Assembly (NCBI GenBank): GCA_051745565.1
Contig: JBNJEF010000001.1
Coordinates: forward strand, 1-52,319
DNA from: Patescibacteria group bacterium
Lineage (GTDB): Bacteria > Patescibacteriota > Minisyncoccia > Phycocordibacterales > CSBR16-193
Direction: 5' to 3'
DNA length: 52,319 nt
Positions 1-8,716 of the stretch are shown piece after piece (position 1 is the first letter of the stretch; each line of letters starts with the position of its first letter). A program made the translations under genes and the position numbers. Below the pieces are notes generated by a model. That model was not told the origin of the DNA. It did no database searches and worked only from the letters and a program-made list of their open reading frames with translations.

Positions 1-41
1 AAGGCACGGCTAGCGGAAGCTGGTCGTGGAATATATCAAAA
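1..41 (+). rRNA. possible 3' terminus of 16S rRNA (helix 45), cut by the window edge
   Basis: AAGG-cacggctagc-GGAA-gctggtcgt-GGA has the same spacing (10 nt, GGAA tetraloop, 9 nt) as the terminal 16S hairpin h45. The stem is 8 bp including 2 G-U pairs. tRNA-Ile(GAU) lies 260 nt downstream, as in many rrn spacers. Only about 40 nt are visible and no CCUCC tail follows. Confidence 0.3.
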
Positions 42-220
42 ACTTCTTCATAACGTTCGCCTAACGGGTCGTTATGAGGTGACAGGTCGACTCCGAGCGC
101 CTTTTGGCGCTCGGACAAGCCAAGGTCTTAGGCTCTATTAAGACCATCTTTTCCGGCACTGTCGGAACATAATCGGAGTATTTCGGTTGCGGGAACGGAA
201 CAAAATAAAGAGCAGTTTAA

Positions 221-252
221 AAAACCTTTCGCTAAAAGCGAGAGGTTTTTTC
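221..252 (+). terminator. intrinsic terminator-like hairpin
   Basis: cctttcgct-aaa-agcgagagg is a 9-bp stem with one G-U pair, followed by a T6 tract. It is nearly the same sequence as the hairpin at 35318-35350. Confidence 0.6.
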
Positions 253-300
253 TTGTTTTATCCTCCCTTTTTTGTTAATCTGATATTTAGGCTTTAAAAA

Positions 301-374
301 GCGCGTGTAGCTCAGTTGGTTAGAGCGCGTCACTGATAATGACGAGGTCCCAGGTTCAAATCCTGGCACGCGCA
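301..374 (+). tRNA. tRNA-Ile (anticodon GAU)
   Basis: Full cloverleaf by eye: acceptor gcgcgtg/cacgcgc, D arm gctc-agttggtta-gagc, anticodon arm cgtca-ctGATaa-tgacg, T arm ccagg-ttcaaat-cctgg, discriminator A. Confidence 0.95.
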
Positions 375-656
375 CCGCGAACAATCGAGTGCTTCGGTTG
401 GACGCGCTCTAACCAAGGTTAGAGCGGAGGAAGCTTGAAAATCTTGCATTCTCCTAAAGACGCAGGTCCCATGGAACAAATCCTGGCACGCGTGCCACTT
501 CGCTAAAGCTTTACGGCACGCGTACCGCGATCCGTCTTGACCTCGGTCGGACGCGCCGGGAAATCTGATTAGAGCGGAGGAGGCTTGAAAATCAGGTATC
601 CTCCCAAGATGTAGTTTCTAAGAAGCAAACACCAGTACAAGCACCGCTTCGCTAAG
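365..656. repeat. two decayed tandem units (about 143 nt each) derived from the tRNA-Ile gene
   Basis: Unit A is 365-508 and unit B is 515-656. Both start ggcacgcg(c/t)accgcga and end cttcgctaa(a)g. They share ttagagcggagga(a/g)gcttgaaaatc. Unit A retains a recognisable copy of the tRNA T-arm/acceptor 3' half (caggtcccatggaacaaatcctggcacgcgtgcca, 463-497) and an inverted D-arm fragment (gacgcgctctaacc-aa-ggttagagcg). Confidence 0.7.
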
Positions 657-723
657 TATTTTGACGTAAAGCAAATTTAATAATATTGTCCTATTAACCG
701 AGTGTTCTTTAATTTTCATTTTA

Positions 724-1167
724 ATGAGTAAAAGCAAACCGCAAAAAAGATTTAGAAATTTCATTTTTGACTCTTCTATCCCCGGTGGGGTTCGTGTTGT
801 GATGATGGCTTATATGGTTTTAATTCTTTACTTTTCTATTGTTTCCATATTTCTTTCCGTTTTGATCTTTTTTAATCCCCAAGCGGCATCCGAGGGGCTT
901 CTATTTATAATGTGGTATAGTTTAGGTTGTCTTTTTTTTCTTCTTCTTAGTATATATCCTTTATGGAGTGCCAGGTTTGCTCCCAGATTTCTTTCTTCTT
1001 TTACCGCTCTTTTAATAATAGGGTACGGAGCGGTTTGGTTTTTCGTTGAAATTATGTTTACGCCCTTAGCTTTTGCTTTTCTACTCATAGGAGCGATAAA
1101 TCTACTTTATATCACAAAAGGTCAAGGACCTGATCAGTATTACAAAAATACTCCATCCAAGTCGTAG
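724..1167 (+). CDS. hypothetical integral membrane protein (about 4 TM segments)
   Basis: 147-aa ORF with an ATG start and strongly hydrophobic segments (VMMAYMVLILYFSIVSIFLSVLIFF etc.). No recognisable family. Confidence 0.55.
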   Translation: MSKSKPQKRFRNFIFDSSIPGGVRVVMMAYMVLILYFSIVSIFLSVLIFFNPQAASEGLLFIMWYSLGCLFFLLLSIYPLWSARFAPRFLSSFTALLIIGYGAVWFFVEIMFTPLAFAFLLIGAINLLYITKGQGPDQYYKNTPSKS

Positions 1168-1224
1168 GTTTTTTTATGGCCTGAGAGCTTTATGGATACT
1201 CAACAATCTCTCGGAGGAAATAAT

Positions 1225-2649
1225 ATGAAAAGAAGAACTAAAATAGTTGCCACCGTAACTCCTAGGTTTCTGGAGGAAGATCTTCTCAGAGAAATGGCTA
1301 TTGGAGGAGTTGATGTTTTTCGCTTGAATTTTTCTTATGGTACCCACCGAGAGCACGGAGAGATAATAGATAAGATAAAGAATATCCGAAGCGATTTAAG
1401 TAAGCCGATGGCCATAATTCAAGATCTGACCGGACCTGGTGCCCGAATTGGAAACCTTGATAGTTTTAGTGTTTATCTGTCAGAGGGAAGTGATTTTATT
1501 CTTTCTGCTGATCCTGCCATGGTTGGAAATAAAAATGGTGTATATGTTGATCATCCGAGCTTGGCAAGTGAGCTGGAAAAAGGGGATAAGGTTACTATTG
1601 CCGATGGAGAAGTGGAGCTTGAGGTTTATGATATCTCGGAAGGGGAGATCTATTGCCGAGTATCACGAGGCGGAGAGATACAGAGTAAAAGAAGTTTAAC
1701 TTTTGAGGGTAAGAGCCCTTCCTCTCCGGCTTTACGTGAAAAAGATAAGGCGGATGTAGAGTTTGGTTTGAAAAAAGGGGTGGATTTTGTGGCAATGTCC
1801 TTTGTGCGGTCAACGGAAGATGTAGAATCGTTGCGTTCTTTTATCAGTGAAAAGGATGAAGGTGGTAAACCTGATATTATTGCCAAAATAGAAACTAAGG
1901 AAGCGATCGATAACCTTGACGGTATACTTAAAAGTGCTGATGCTATAATGGTGGCCAGAGGCGATCTGGCGTCCGAGATATCTCCCGAAGAAGTTCCTTT
2001 TTTACAAAAGGACATAATAAAGCGTGCTAACTCACTAGGAAAACCGGTAATCACCGCTACTCAAATGTTGGAATCAATGGTTAACTCTTCCTCTCCCACA
2101 AGAGCCGAAACCTCCGATGTTGCCAATGCCATCTTGGATGGAACGGATGCCATTATGCTGTCCGCCGAAACCGCCATAGGTAAATATCCGATTTTGGCCG
2201 TGGAAGAGATGGGTAAAATAGCTATAAGGACCGAAAAAGAACGCTCATCGGAGAATAGGCCTAAATACGATAAAAAAAGGGATATGCAGACAGCTGACGC
2301 TGTCAGTGCGGCCGTGGTTAATATCTCTTACGATTTGAAGTCGAGATTGGTTGTCGCTCTGACTGATTCCGGCTTCACCGGCAGGATGATCTCTCGTCAT
2401 AAGCCCGGGGTGCCCATAATTACAATGACGGCAAAGGAAGAAACTTTCCGAAAGCTGGCTCTTTGTGCCGGTTGTGTCCCGCTTTTTACGGAAAAACCGA
2501 AGGGTCTGGAAGACGCCTTTTCTTTAGTTAGAGAATATGCCCTTAAACATGATCTGGCTCAAAGAGGGGACCGCGCCGTAGTTGCCGCAGGGGTGCCCTT
2601 TGAAAGACCGGACGCTAAGACAAATATGCTTTTTGTGGAGACTTTCTAG
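1225..2649 (+). CDS. pyk: pyruvate kinase
   Basis: MKRRTKIVATV N-terminus, and the MVARGDLASEI and TQMLESM motifs typical of pyruvate kinase. GGAGGA lies 6 nt upstream of ATG 1225. The track ORF starts at 1192. Confidence 0.95.
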   Translation: MKRRTKIVATVTPRFLEEDLLREMAIGGVDVFRLNFSYGTHREHGEIIDKIKNIRSDLSKPMAIIQDLTGPGARIGNLDSFSVYLSEGSDFILSADPAMVGNKNGVYVDHPSLASELEKGDKVTIADGEVELEVYDISEGEIYCRVSRGGEIQSKRSLTFEGKSPSSPALREKDKADVEFGLKKGVDFVAMSFVRSTEDVESLRSFISEKDEGGKPDIIAKIETKEAIDNLDGILKSADAIMVARGDLASEISPEEVPFLQKDIIKRANSLGKPVITATQMLESMVNSSSPTRAETSDVANAILDGTDAIMLSAETAIGKYPILAVEEMGKIAIRTEKERSSENRPKYDKKRDMQTADAVSAAVVNISYDLKSRLVVALTDSGFTGRMISRHKPGVPIITMTAKEETFRKLALCAGCVPLFTEKPKGLEDAFSLVREYALKHDLAQRGDRAVVAAGVPFERPDAKTNMLFVETF

Positions 2650-2655
2650 ATCACT

Positions 2656-3465
2656 TTATTTACTTTTCTCTAATAGGGCTTCAAAGTCAACGGGGTGTAT
2701 GTCTCCCAGCTGTTCTTCGTTGGTCGGTTTATCTTCTTTGTAGAAGACCCCCAGAGGTATAGATCCTTCGTCGTTATAATTCCATTCTTTTATTTTTTCA
2801 TAAGCTTTCTTTCGGCTTAAGTATTCTTCTTCCATTTGGTAGCATTTTTCGTTATAAACGGAATAAGTGTCATGCCAGGCGACACAGGGCTGTAGTATCT
2901 CTATGAAAGAGAATCCTTTATGTTGCATTCCTTCAAGCATTAATCTTTTGATCTGCTGAGGTTTACCTGAATATCCTCTGGCAATGAAAGTGGCGCCAAA
3001 GGTCATGGCCACATCAAGAGGATTAATAGGCACTTCCGTACTTCCTTTGGGGCTGGTGCTACTTACGTATCCTTTGGGGCTTGTTGACGTTGGTTGGTTT
3101 ACCGTTAAGGCGAAAACTCTGTTGTCGTGAACGATAACGGTAATATCGGAATTTCTTTTGGCGGCATGAACGAAATGTGACATACCTTCATCATATGTAT
3201 CTCCGTCACCGACCATACATACCACATTTAGGTCTCTGTTACCTACTTTGATACCCGTAGCTGTAGGGATGGTTCTTCCGTGCAGGGAGTAGAAGCTGTT
3301 TATATTCATATAGTCCGTTATCTTTCCGTGACATCCTATTCCGGAGATCATAACGGTCCTGTCTTTGCCCATTTCAAATACCGCTTCTTTTAAGGCGGCC
3401 TGGATGGCAAAGTTCCCGCAACCGGGGCACCATGTGTTTTCAGTTGGCAAAATAAGATCTTCCAT
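2656..3465 (-). CDS. 2-oxoacid:ferredoxin oxidoreductase, beta (TPP-binding) subunit
   Basis: WCPGCGNF, GIGCHGK and GDGDTYDEG motifs of PFOR/KOR beta subunits. The track start at 3471 is TTG; the ATG at 3465 is preferred. Confidence 0.9.
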   Translation of the reverse strand: MEDLILPTENTWCPGCGNFAIQAALKEAVFEMGKDRTVMISGIGCHGKITDYMNINSFYSLHGRTIPTATGIKVGNRDLNVVCMVGDGDTYDEGMSHFVHAAKRNSDITVIVHDNRVFALTVNQPTSTSPKGYVSSTSPKGSTEVPINPLDVAMTFGATFIARGYSGKPQQIKRLMLEGMQHKGFSFIEILQPCVAWHDTYSVYNEKCYQMEEEYLSRKKAYEKIKEWNYNDEGSIPLGVFYKEDKPTNEEQLGDIHPVDFEALLEKSK

Positions 3466-3476
3466 AAGCAAAATAT

Positions 3477-5135
3477 TTAAGCGTTTAATTTTTCTTGTAA
3501 GCTCTTTGTAAGACCTTCAACGGTAAAGGGACGTGAGTCGTATTTTAATATACTGTCATGAACTTCTATTTGGTACTGTTTCATAACCTGTTCAAGTTGG
3601 CCGGTTGCGTTTAATTCTACACATATAATTCTCTCTACTCCTTCCAGCTCCTCTTTCATTCTTTTCTCAGGGAAGGGTTGCATTACTACGGGCTGGATAA
3701 GTTTTAATCCCATATCTCTACTTGCTCTTAAAACCGCTCCCTTGCTTGAGCCCCAAAAGATCAAGGCGGTTGATCCTTCTCCATAGACTTTCACAGTTTC
3801 CAGTATTTCCAGCTCTTCTCTTAGTTTGCCTCTCTTGCGTAGTCTTTTTTCCACCATTCTTTTCACTTCTTCGGGGTTCTCTGTGGCTATTCCGTCTTCC
3901 GTATGCTCGTAACTGGTGGCTTTGACAACGGCTTTACCTCCCGGGAATTTGATAGGGGAAATATCATCACCGCTGTATCTTTTGTATTCGGTGTTATCAG
4001 GATCAAGGTCTTCAACGATATCTTCTTTGTCTATATGGTATGCACCCTCAAGGCCGTAGGTGTTCTCGGATAGCTCTTTATCAAGAAGAATTATTGAGGG
4101 CATCTGATGCCTCCATGCTATATTCAGTGCTTTTCCGCCCCAGTAATAGGCTTCATCCGCATCTCCGGGTGCGACGACAAATCTTTCTATATCTCCATGT
4201 CCGGCATTAAGAGCAAACAGCAGATCCCCTTGAGCTTCGTAAGTGGGAACACCGCTTGCCGGACCCATTCTTTGACTTAGAGCTATTAAGATCGGAGTTT
4301 CTGACTGGGCAGAAAGGCTCAGGGCCTCGGTCATTAGAGCAAATCCTCCGCCGGAGGTGGATAGAAGTGTTCGTCTGCCTGAATAAGATGCGCCCAAAGA
4401 CATATTTATCACGGATATTTCGTTTTCCGGCTGACAGGTTCTTATCCCTTCTACTGATGTTAGAAAGCTGAAAACTCCGGTTGCAGGTGTCATGGGATAT
4501 GATATACAACATTCCAGTCCGGCTTTTATGGCTCCGAGGGCCACCGCTTTATTTCCGGAGACTAGCGGAAGAGGATCATTTCCTGTTTCGGCAACTTCTC
4601 CTTTTTTGTGAACTTTATTAAAAGCCGCTTCGGCTACCCTTAGATTGGCTTCGGTTTCTTTGTTGAGGTTTTTTAGAAGAACCTCTTTTGTTTTGTGCCA
4701 TTCTATACCCATTAGCTTGGAAAGGGCGGCGATCAGAGCGGTGTTTTTCATTAAGGATGTCCCTTTGGCTTCTTCTATTATTTTATCTGTTGGGACGGAA
4801 AGTGTTTCTATGTCCTCTTCTTGAGACATATCCATTTTGGTTGACTTTTGGTCGTATACCAAAACCCCGCCTTTTTTTATCCTGTCTTTATGCTTTAAAA
4901 TAGTGTCTTCGTTGAGAGCTAGAAGGAAGTCTATTTCTTCTTTCTTGGCTTCCACCTTCCGGTCTGAAGATATGGATATTTGAGAAAAATTGTGCCCTCC
5001 TTTTATGAGAGAGTGGTAGTCTTCGTGTATGAAAACCTTGAATCCGTAGGAATTGAAGATCTTGCCGATTATTAAACCGGCTTTCTTGGAGCCTTCTCCC
5101 GCGGCACCTCCGACAACTATTTGAAAGTTATCCAT
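3477..5135 (-). CDS. 2-oxoacid:ferredoxin oxidoreductase, fused gamma-alpha subunit
   Basis: The N-terminus MDNFQIVVGGAAGEG is gamma-like, followed by an alpha domain (GNKAVALGAIKAG...ISYPMTPATG). The longer track ORF (to 5270) would overlap the ferredoxin gene, so ATG 5135 is chosen. Confidence 0.9.
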   Translation of the reverse strand: MDNFQIVVGGAAGEGSKKAGLIIGKIFNSYGFKVFIHEDYHSLIKGGHNFSQISISSDRKVEAKKEEIDFLLALNEDTILKHKDRIKKGGVLVYDQKSTKMDMSQEEDIETLSVPTDKIIEEAKGTSLMKNTALIAALSKLMGIEWHKTKEVLLKNLNKETEANLRVAEAAFNKVHKKGEVAETGNDPLPLVSGNKAVALGAIKAGLECCISYPMTPATGVFSFLTSVEGIRTCQPENEISVINMSLGASYSGRRTLLSTSGGGFALMTEALSLSAQSETPILIALSQRMGPASGVPTYEAQGDLLFALNAGHGDIERFVVAPGDADEAYYWGGKALNIAWRHQMPSIILLDKELSENTYGLEGAYHIDKEDIVEDLDPDNTEYKRYSGDDISPIKFPGGKAVVKATSYEHTEDGIATENPEEVKRMVEKRLRKRGKLREELEILETVKVYGEGSTALIFWGSSKGAVLRASRDMGLKLIQPVVMQPFPEKRMKEELEGVERIICVELNATGQLEQVMKQYQIEVHDSILKYDSRPFTVEGLTKSLQEKLNA

Positions 5136-5208
5136 AAATGAACAAGTTTTAATTATAATAAATGAACTTTTGTGGTTGTTTGGTAGTATTTTATCTACCT
5201 TTGCTTGT

Positions 5209-5427
5209 CTAATCCTCCACGCTGATGCACTGTACAGGGCAACTCTGCGCCGCCTCTCTGTTGCATTCAATGTCTTCTATTTCCGCTATTATTTTACCTT
5301 CTTCGTTCTCAACACCTTCTCTTAGACTTGCTTTACCGTCTTCTCCTAAACTCCAACGGGAAGGGCAGATGGAAGCACATGATCCGCATCCTATGCATTT
5401 TTCTTTTTCAAAAATAACTTTGGTCAT
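5209..5427 (-). CDS. small 4Fe-4S ferredoxin (delta-like partner of the oxidoreductase)
   Basis: 72 aa with CIGCGSCASICP and a distal C...CP. The start overlaps the acd alpha stop (ATGA). Confidence 0.85.
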   Translation of the reverse strand: MTKVIFEKEKCIGCGSCASICPSRWSLGEDGKASLREGVENEEGKIIAEIEDIECNREAAQSCPVQCISVED

Positions 5428-6749
5428 GATCTTTTTTTACTTAATATCCTTAAAACTTTTGCAACCTCCGAGGGGTCTTGGTAATTCGGTATTTTATTAT
5501 CTTCCAATGCGAGAATAGCTCTTTTGGTTTCTTCGCCTTTGCCCATAAAATTGGCTACTACTGTTTTTTGGTATTTACTTTGGGCTTCAATTAATATTTT
5601 AGCATTTTTTTCCGGTTCGGTCATAATCTGCGGGGTCTGGATAACCGCGATGGCTTTTATGTTATCTTGTTCCAACACCGATTCTATGGCCACTTTGTAC
5701 CTTTTTGCATCGGCATCTCCGACAATATCCAATGGGTTTCTTGCTGAGTAACCGGGATGCATTGTTTCCTCCATAAGAGAAAGAGTTTCTTCTTTTATAT
5801 CCGGAAGGTGTTCTCCTTTTAAATAGTCAGTCATCAAAACTCCCACTCCGCCACCGTTAGTTATTATTCCTATTCCACCTTCAAACCTTTCTTGCCAAGA
5901 AAGAGCCTTGGAAACGTGTAGCATCTCTTTCAATGTCATAACCTCAACGGCCCCCGCCTGCTTTAAGGCGGCAGAAAATATTTTGGCTTCTCCCGCCAAG
6001 GAGCCGGTATGAGAAGTTACCGCTTTTTGTGAGGCTTTGCTTTTGCCTCCTTTGATAACAACTACGGGTTTGGAACACTTTTTTATAGATTCATAGAATT
6101 CTCTGCCGTCTTTTACTCCTTCAATATATAATGTGATAACTTTTGTCTCTCCATCCTCTTCGGCCCATTTGATATAGTCAACCAAAGACAACCCTGCGGC
6201 ATTTCCCGGGGAGACCAGGAAAGAAAAACCATAATTTTCTTCCAAACTGCTGTCTATGATAGCGTCTATCAGGGCTCCGGATTGTGAAATGAAAGCTATA
6301 CCGCCCGCCTTAGGAGTAGATGGAGCGAAGGATGCGTTAAGGTTGGCTGAGGGTCTTATGATGCCGAGGCAGTTGGGGCCTATGAAAGGTATGTTTTTAT
6401 CTTCCAAAATACTTTTTATTTCTTCTTCCTCTTTTTTCCCCTCCGGTCCCATCTCTCCGAATCCGGCGGAGATTATAATGACACCGCCTACATTCTTTTG
6501 GGCGCATTCTTGTACAACAGCCCTCACTCCGCTCTTGGGAATGGCTATAATAGCCAGATCTATATCTTCTTCTATGGAAAGAATGCTTGGGTAGGCTTTT
6601 TCTCCCAAAACACTTTCTTTATTAAGGTTGACGGGAAATACTTTTCTTTTTTCCGTTAAAAGGTTTTCCATCAATCCTTTACCAACCGATCCTTCCCGGT
6701 CGGTTGCTCCTATCGCTACCACTGTACTGGGGTTCAGAAAATTTCTCAT
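5424..6749 (-). CDS. acetyl-CoA synthetase (ADP-forming) alpha-type subunit (CoA-binding / CoA-ligase domains)
   Basis: VAIGATDREGSVG, FIGPNCLGI and ISQSGAL motifs of the NDP-forming acyl-CoA synthetase family. Translationally coupled to neighbours. Confidence 0.85.
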   Translation of the reverse strand: MRNFLNPSTVVAIGATDREGSVGKGLMENLLTEKRKVFPVNLNKESVLGEKAYPSILSIEEDIDLAIIAIPKSGVRAVVQECAQKNVGGVIIISAGFGEMGPEGKKEEEEIKSILEDKNIPFIGPNCLGIIRPSANLNASFAPSTPKAGGIAFISQSGALIDAIIDSSLEENYGFSFLVSPGNAAGLSLVDYIKWAEEDGETKVITLYIEGVKDGREFYESIKKCSKPVVVIKGGKSKASQKAVTSHTGSLAGEAKIFSAALKQAGAVEVMTLKEMLHVSKALSWQERFEGGIGIITNGGGVGVLMTDYLKGEHLPDIKEETLSLMEETMHPGYSARNPLDIVGDADAKRYKVAIESVLEQDNIKAIAVIQTPQIMTEPEKNAKILIEAQSKYQKTVVANFMGKGEETKRAILALEDNKIPNYQDPSEVAKVLRILSKKRS

Positions 6750-7363
6750 AATATTAATTTTACATCACAAACCAAAGAAGAATATCCTCCCGAGAGTACG
6801 GGATTAAAGTCCAGTTCTTGTATACTATCTTCTTCCTTAAGAAGGTGAGAGGTTTTGACTAAAATGTCAGCCAAACTGTCCTTATTTATGGGGGGTCGCC
6901 CCCTGAAACCTTCAAGTATCTTTTTTCCTTTAATTTCCTCCAACATTTCAAGTGCTTCTTGCTTTTCCATGGGGGCCAGTCTGAATACTATGTCTTTATA
7001 GATTTCTACCGTTATACCGCCCAAACCAACCATAACAACCGGACCGAAGCATTTATCACGTTTACCTCCGATAATTACTTCTTCGCCCTCAGTCTGTTCT
7101 TGTACAAGAACTCCACCGCTTTCAATTTTCATAAGTTCTTCCATGGCCATAAAGGCCTCTTCTTCGTTTTTTATATCTGTTACGACCCCTCCTACTTCGG
7201 TTTTATGTGCGATTTCCTTGGAATCAACTTTCATTACGATAGGAAAATTAATACTCTTTAAGACCTCTGAAAGCTCTTCATGGTTCTTTACCGGAGTCGT
7301 TTTAAGCAAAGGGATATCGTATCTTTGCAGTATTTCTTGACTTTCTTTGAAGTTTAGAAGCAT
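6746..7363 (-). CDS. acetyl-CoA synthetase (ADP-forming) beta-type subunit (ATP-grasp)
   Basis: 205 aa with ATP-grasp-like sequence (VMKVDSKEIAHKTEVGGV...) and a 4-nt overlap with the alpha-type gene. Confidence 0.8.
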   Translation of the reverse strand: MLLNFKESQEILQRYDIPLLKTTPVKNHEELSEVLKSINFPIVMKVDSKEIAHKTEVGGVVTDIKNEEEAFMAMEELMKIESGGVLVQEQTEGEEVIIGGKRDKCFGPVVMVGLGGITVEIYKDIVFRLAPMEKQEALEMLEEIKGKKILEGFRGRPPINKDSLADILVKTSHLLKEEDSIQELDFNPVLSGGYSSLVCDVKLIL

Positions 7364-7462
7364 TGAAAATAGTTTAACCGAGTATCATTCGGTATATTAT
7401 AACTTATTGGAATAATAACCTTTTATAAGCCTTACGCCAATGTGGATGTAGCAACAGAGAAA

Positions 7463-8716
7463 CTAAAGTATCCTATGAAATACCAGCTCCTCTTCTATTC
7501 TTAATAGTTCATTATATTTGGCCGTTCTCTCTCCTCTGGCAGGTGCTCCGAACTTTACAAAAGGTGCGGCTGTTGCTATTGCGATATGAGCAATGGAGGT
7601 ATCTTCAGTCTCACCGGAACGGTGAGATACTATGGGAGTAATGTCGCTTGCGTAAGCGGCTCTGATGGCCGAAAGGGTTTCTGTAACGGTTCCTATCTGA
7701 TTAGGTTTTATTATCACCCCTCCGGCCGACTGTTCTTTATGAGAGTTATATATCTTTTGAGGGTTGGTGACTAAGAGATCATCTCCCACTATCATTGTTT
7801 TTTCTCGGACGGCATCATTAATAACGGAAAATCCGGATTCATCATTCTCTTCCAAGGGATCCTCAATGGACAGAAGAGGGTAGTCCTCGGAAAGTTTTAT
7901 AAGTTCGGATATGAACGTATCTCTTTTGAGGTAATGGCCATTATGCAGGTATCTTCCTTCGTTTGTTATTTCATTGGCCGCTATATCCAAGCTAAGTTGA
8001 TAGTCCTCTCCTTCGGTGTATCCGGCCTTTTCTCCCGCTTCCAATATTGTATTTAAAGCCTCTTCGTTGCTTTCCAGTAAAGGAGCAAATCCCCCCTCGT
8101 CTCCCACCGATGTTCCAAGACCTCTTTCTTTAAGGATCTCTTTTAGGGAATGGTATATTTCCACTCCGCATTGCAAGGAGCTTGCGAAGGTCTCTTTACG
8201 GGGTACTACCATAAATTCTTGAAAGGAGAGTCCGTTATCTGCGTGAGCTCCACCGTTAATTATATTTAGCATCGGTCTGGGCATTTTTATGATATTCTCA
8301 AAGCCATTGCTTAAGTATCCGTATAGAGTGGTTCCTTTATTTGAAGCTGAGGCTTTGGCAAAAGCTAATGATACTGCAAGTAAAGCATTGGCTCCCAGTC
8401 GTTTTTTATTTTCGGTGCCGTCAAGTTCTATGAGGGCGTCGTCTAACTCTTTTTGATCAAAGCTTTTATTGTAAAGCCGGTTATTTATCTCTCCTTCTAT
8501 ATTTTTCACCGCTTTTGTTACACTTTTACCTTTATAGATCCGGTCATCTCCGTCTCTTAATTCCACCGCTTCGGTTAAGCCGGTTGAGGCACCTGAAGGT
8601 ACTGCTGCTCTGCCAATGGATCCATCGCTTAGCACAACTTCAGCTTCCACGGTTGGGGTGGCCCGAGAGTCTATTATTTGACGTGCGTATATTTTGTTTA
8701 TTTCGGATGATCTCAT
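7463..8716 (-). CDS. eno: enolase
   Basis: IYARQIIDSRATPTVE, SHRSGETEDT and KYNELLRIEEEL are canonical enolase motifs. Confidence 0.97.
   Translation of the reverse strand: MRSSEINKIYARQIIDSRATPTVEAEVVLSDGSIGRAAVPSGASTGLTEAVELRDGDDRIYKGKSVTKAVKNIEGEINNRLYNKSFDQKELDDALIELDGTENKKRLGANALLAVSLAFAKASASNKGTTLYGYLSNGFENIIKMPRPMLNIINGGAHADNGLSFQEFMVVPRKETFASSLQCGVEIYHSLKEILKERGLGTSVGDEGGFAPLLESNEEALNTILEAGEKAGYTEGEDYQLSLDIAANEITNEGRYLHNGHYLKRDTFISELIKLSEDYPLLSIEDPLEENDESGFSVINDAVREKTMIVGDDLLVTNPQKIYNSHKEQSAGGVIIKPNQIGTVTETLSAIRAAYASDITPIVSHRSGETEDTSIAHIAIATAAPFVKFGAPARGERTAKYNELLRIEEELVFHRIL

Noticed and set aside
42-220. tmRNA or SRP RNA in the noncoding stretch before the first terminator (hairpins ccgagcgcc-tttt-ggcgctcgg and ggtctta...taagacc, an AGGUC...AAGCCAAGG string, and a possible tag-like frame ...NFFITFA*)
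   Set aside because: There is no tRNA-like T-arm/acceptor with CCA, as tmRNA requires. The helix has a UUUU loop and the wrong distance to the conserved loops for SRP domain IV. If the 16S interpretation of nt 1-41 holds, it is more simply a 16S trailer or processing-stem region. Left unassigned.
3477-5270. Long form of the oxidoreductase alpha ORF starting at 5270
   Set aside because: The first 45 codons overlap the ferredoxin gene on the same strand, are Arg-rich and unlike the family. The internal ATG at 5135 gives the canonical MDNFQIVVGGAAGEG start.
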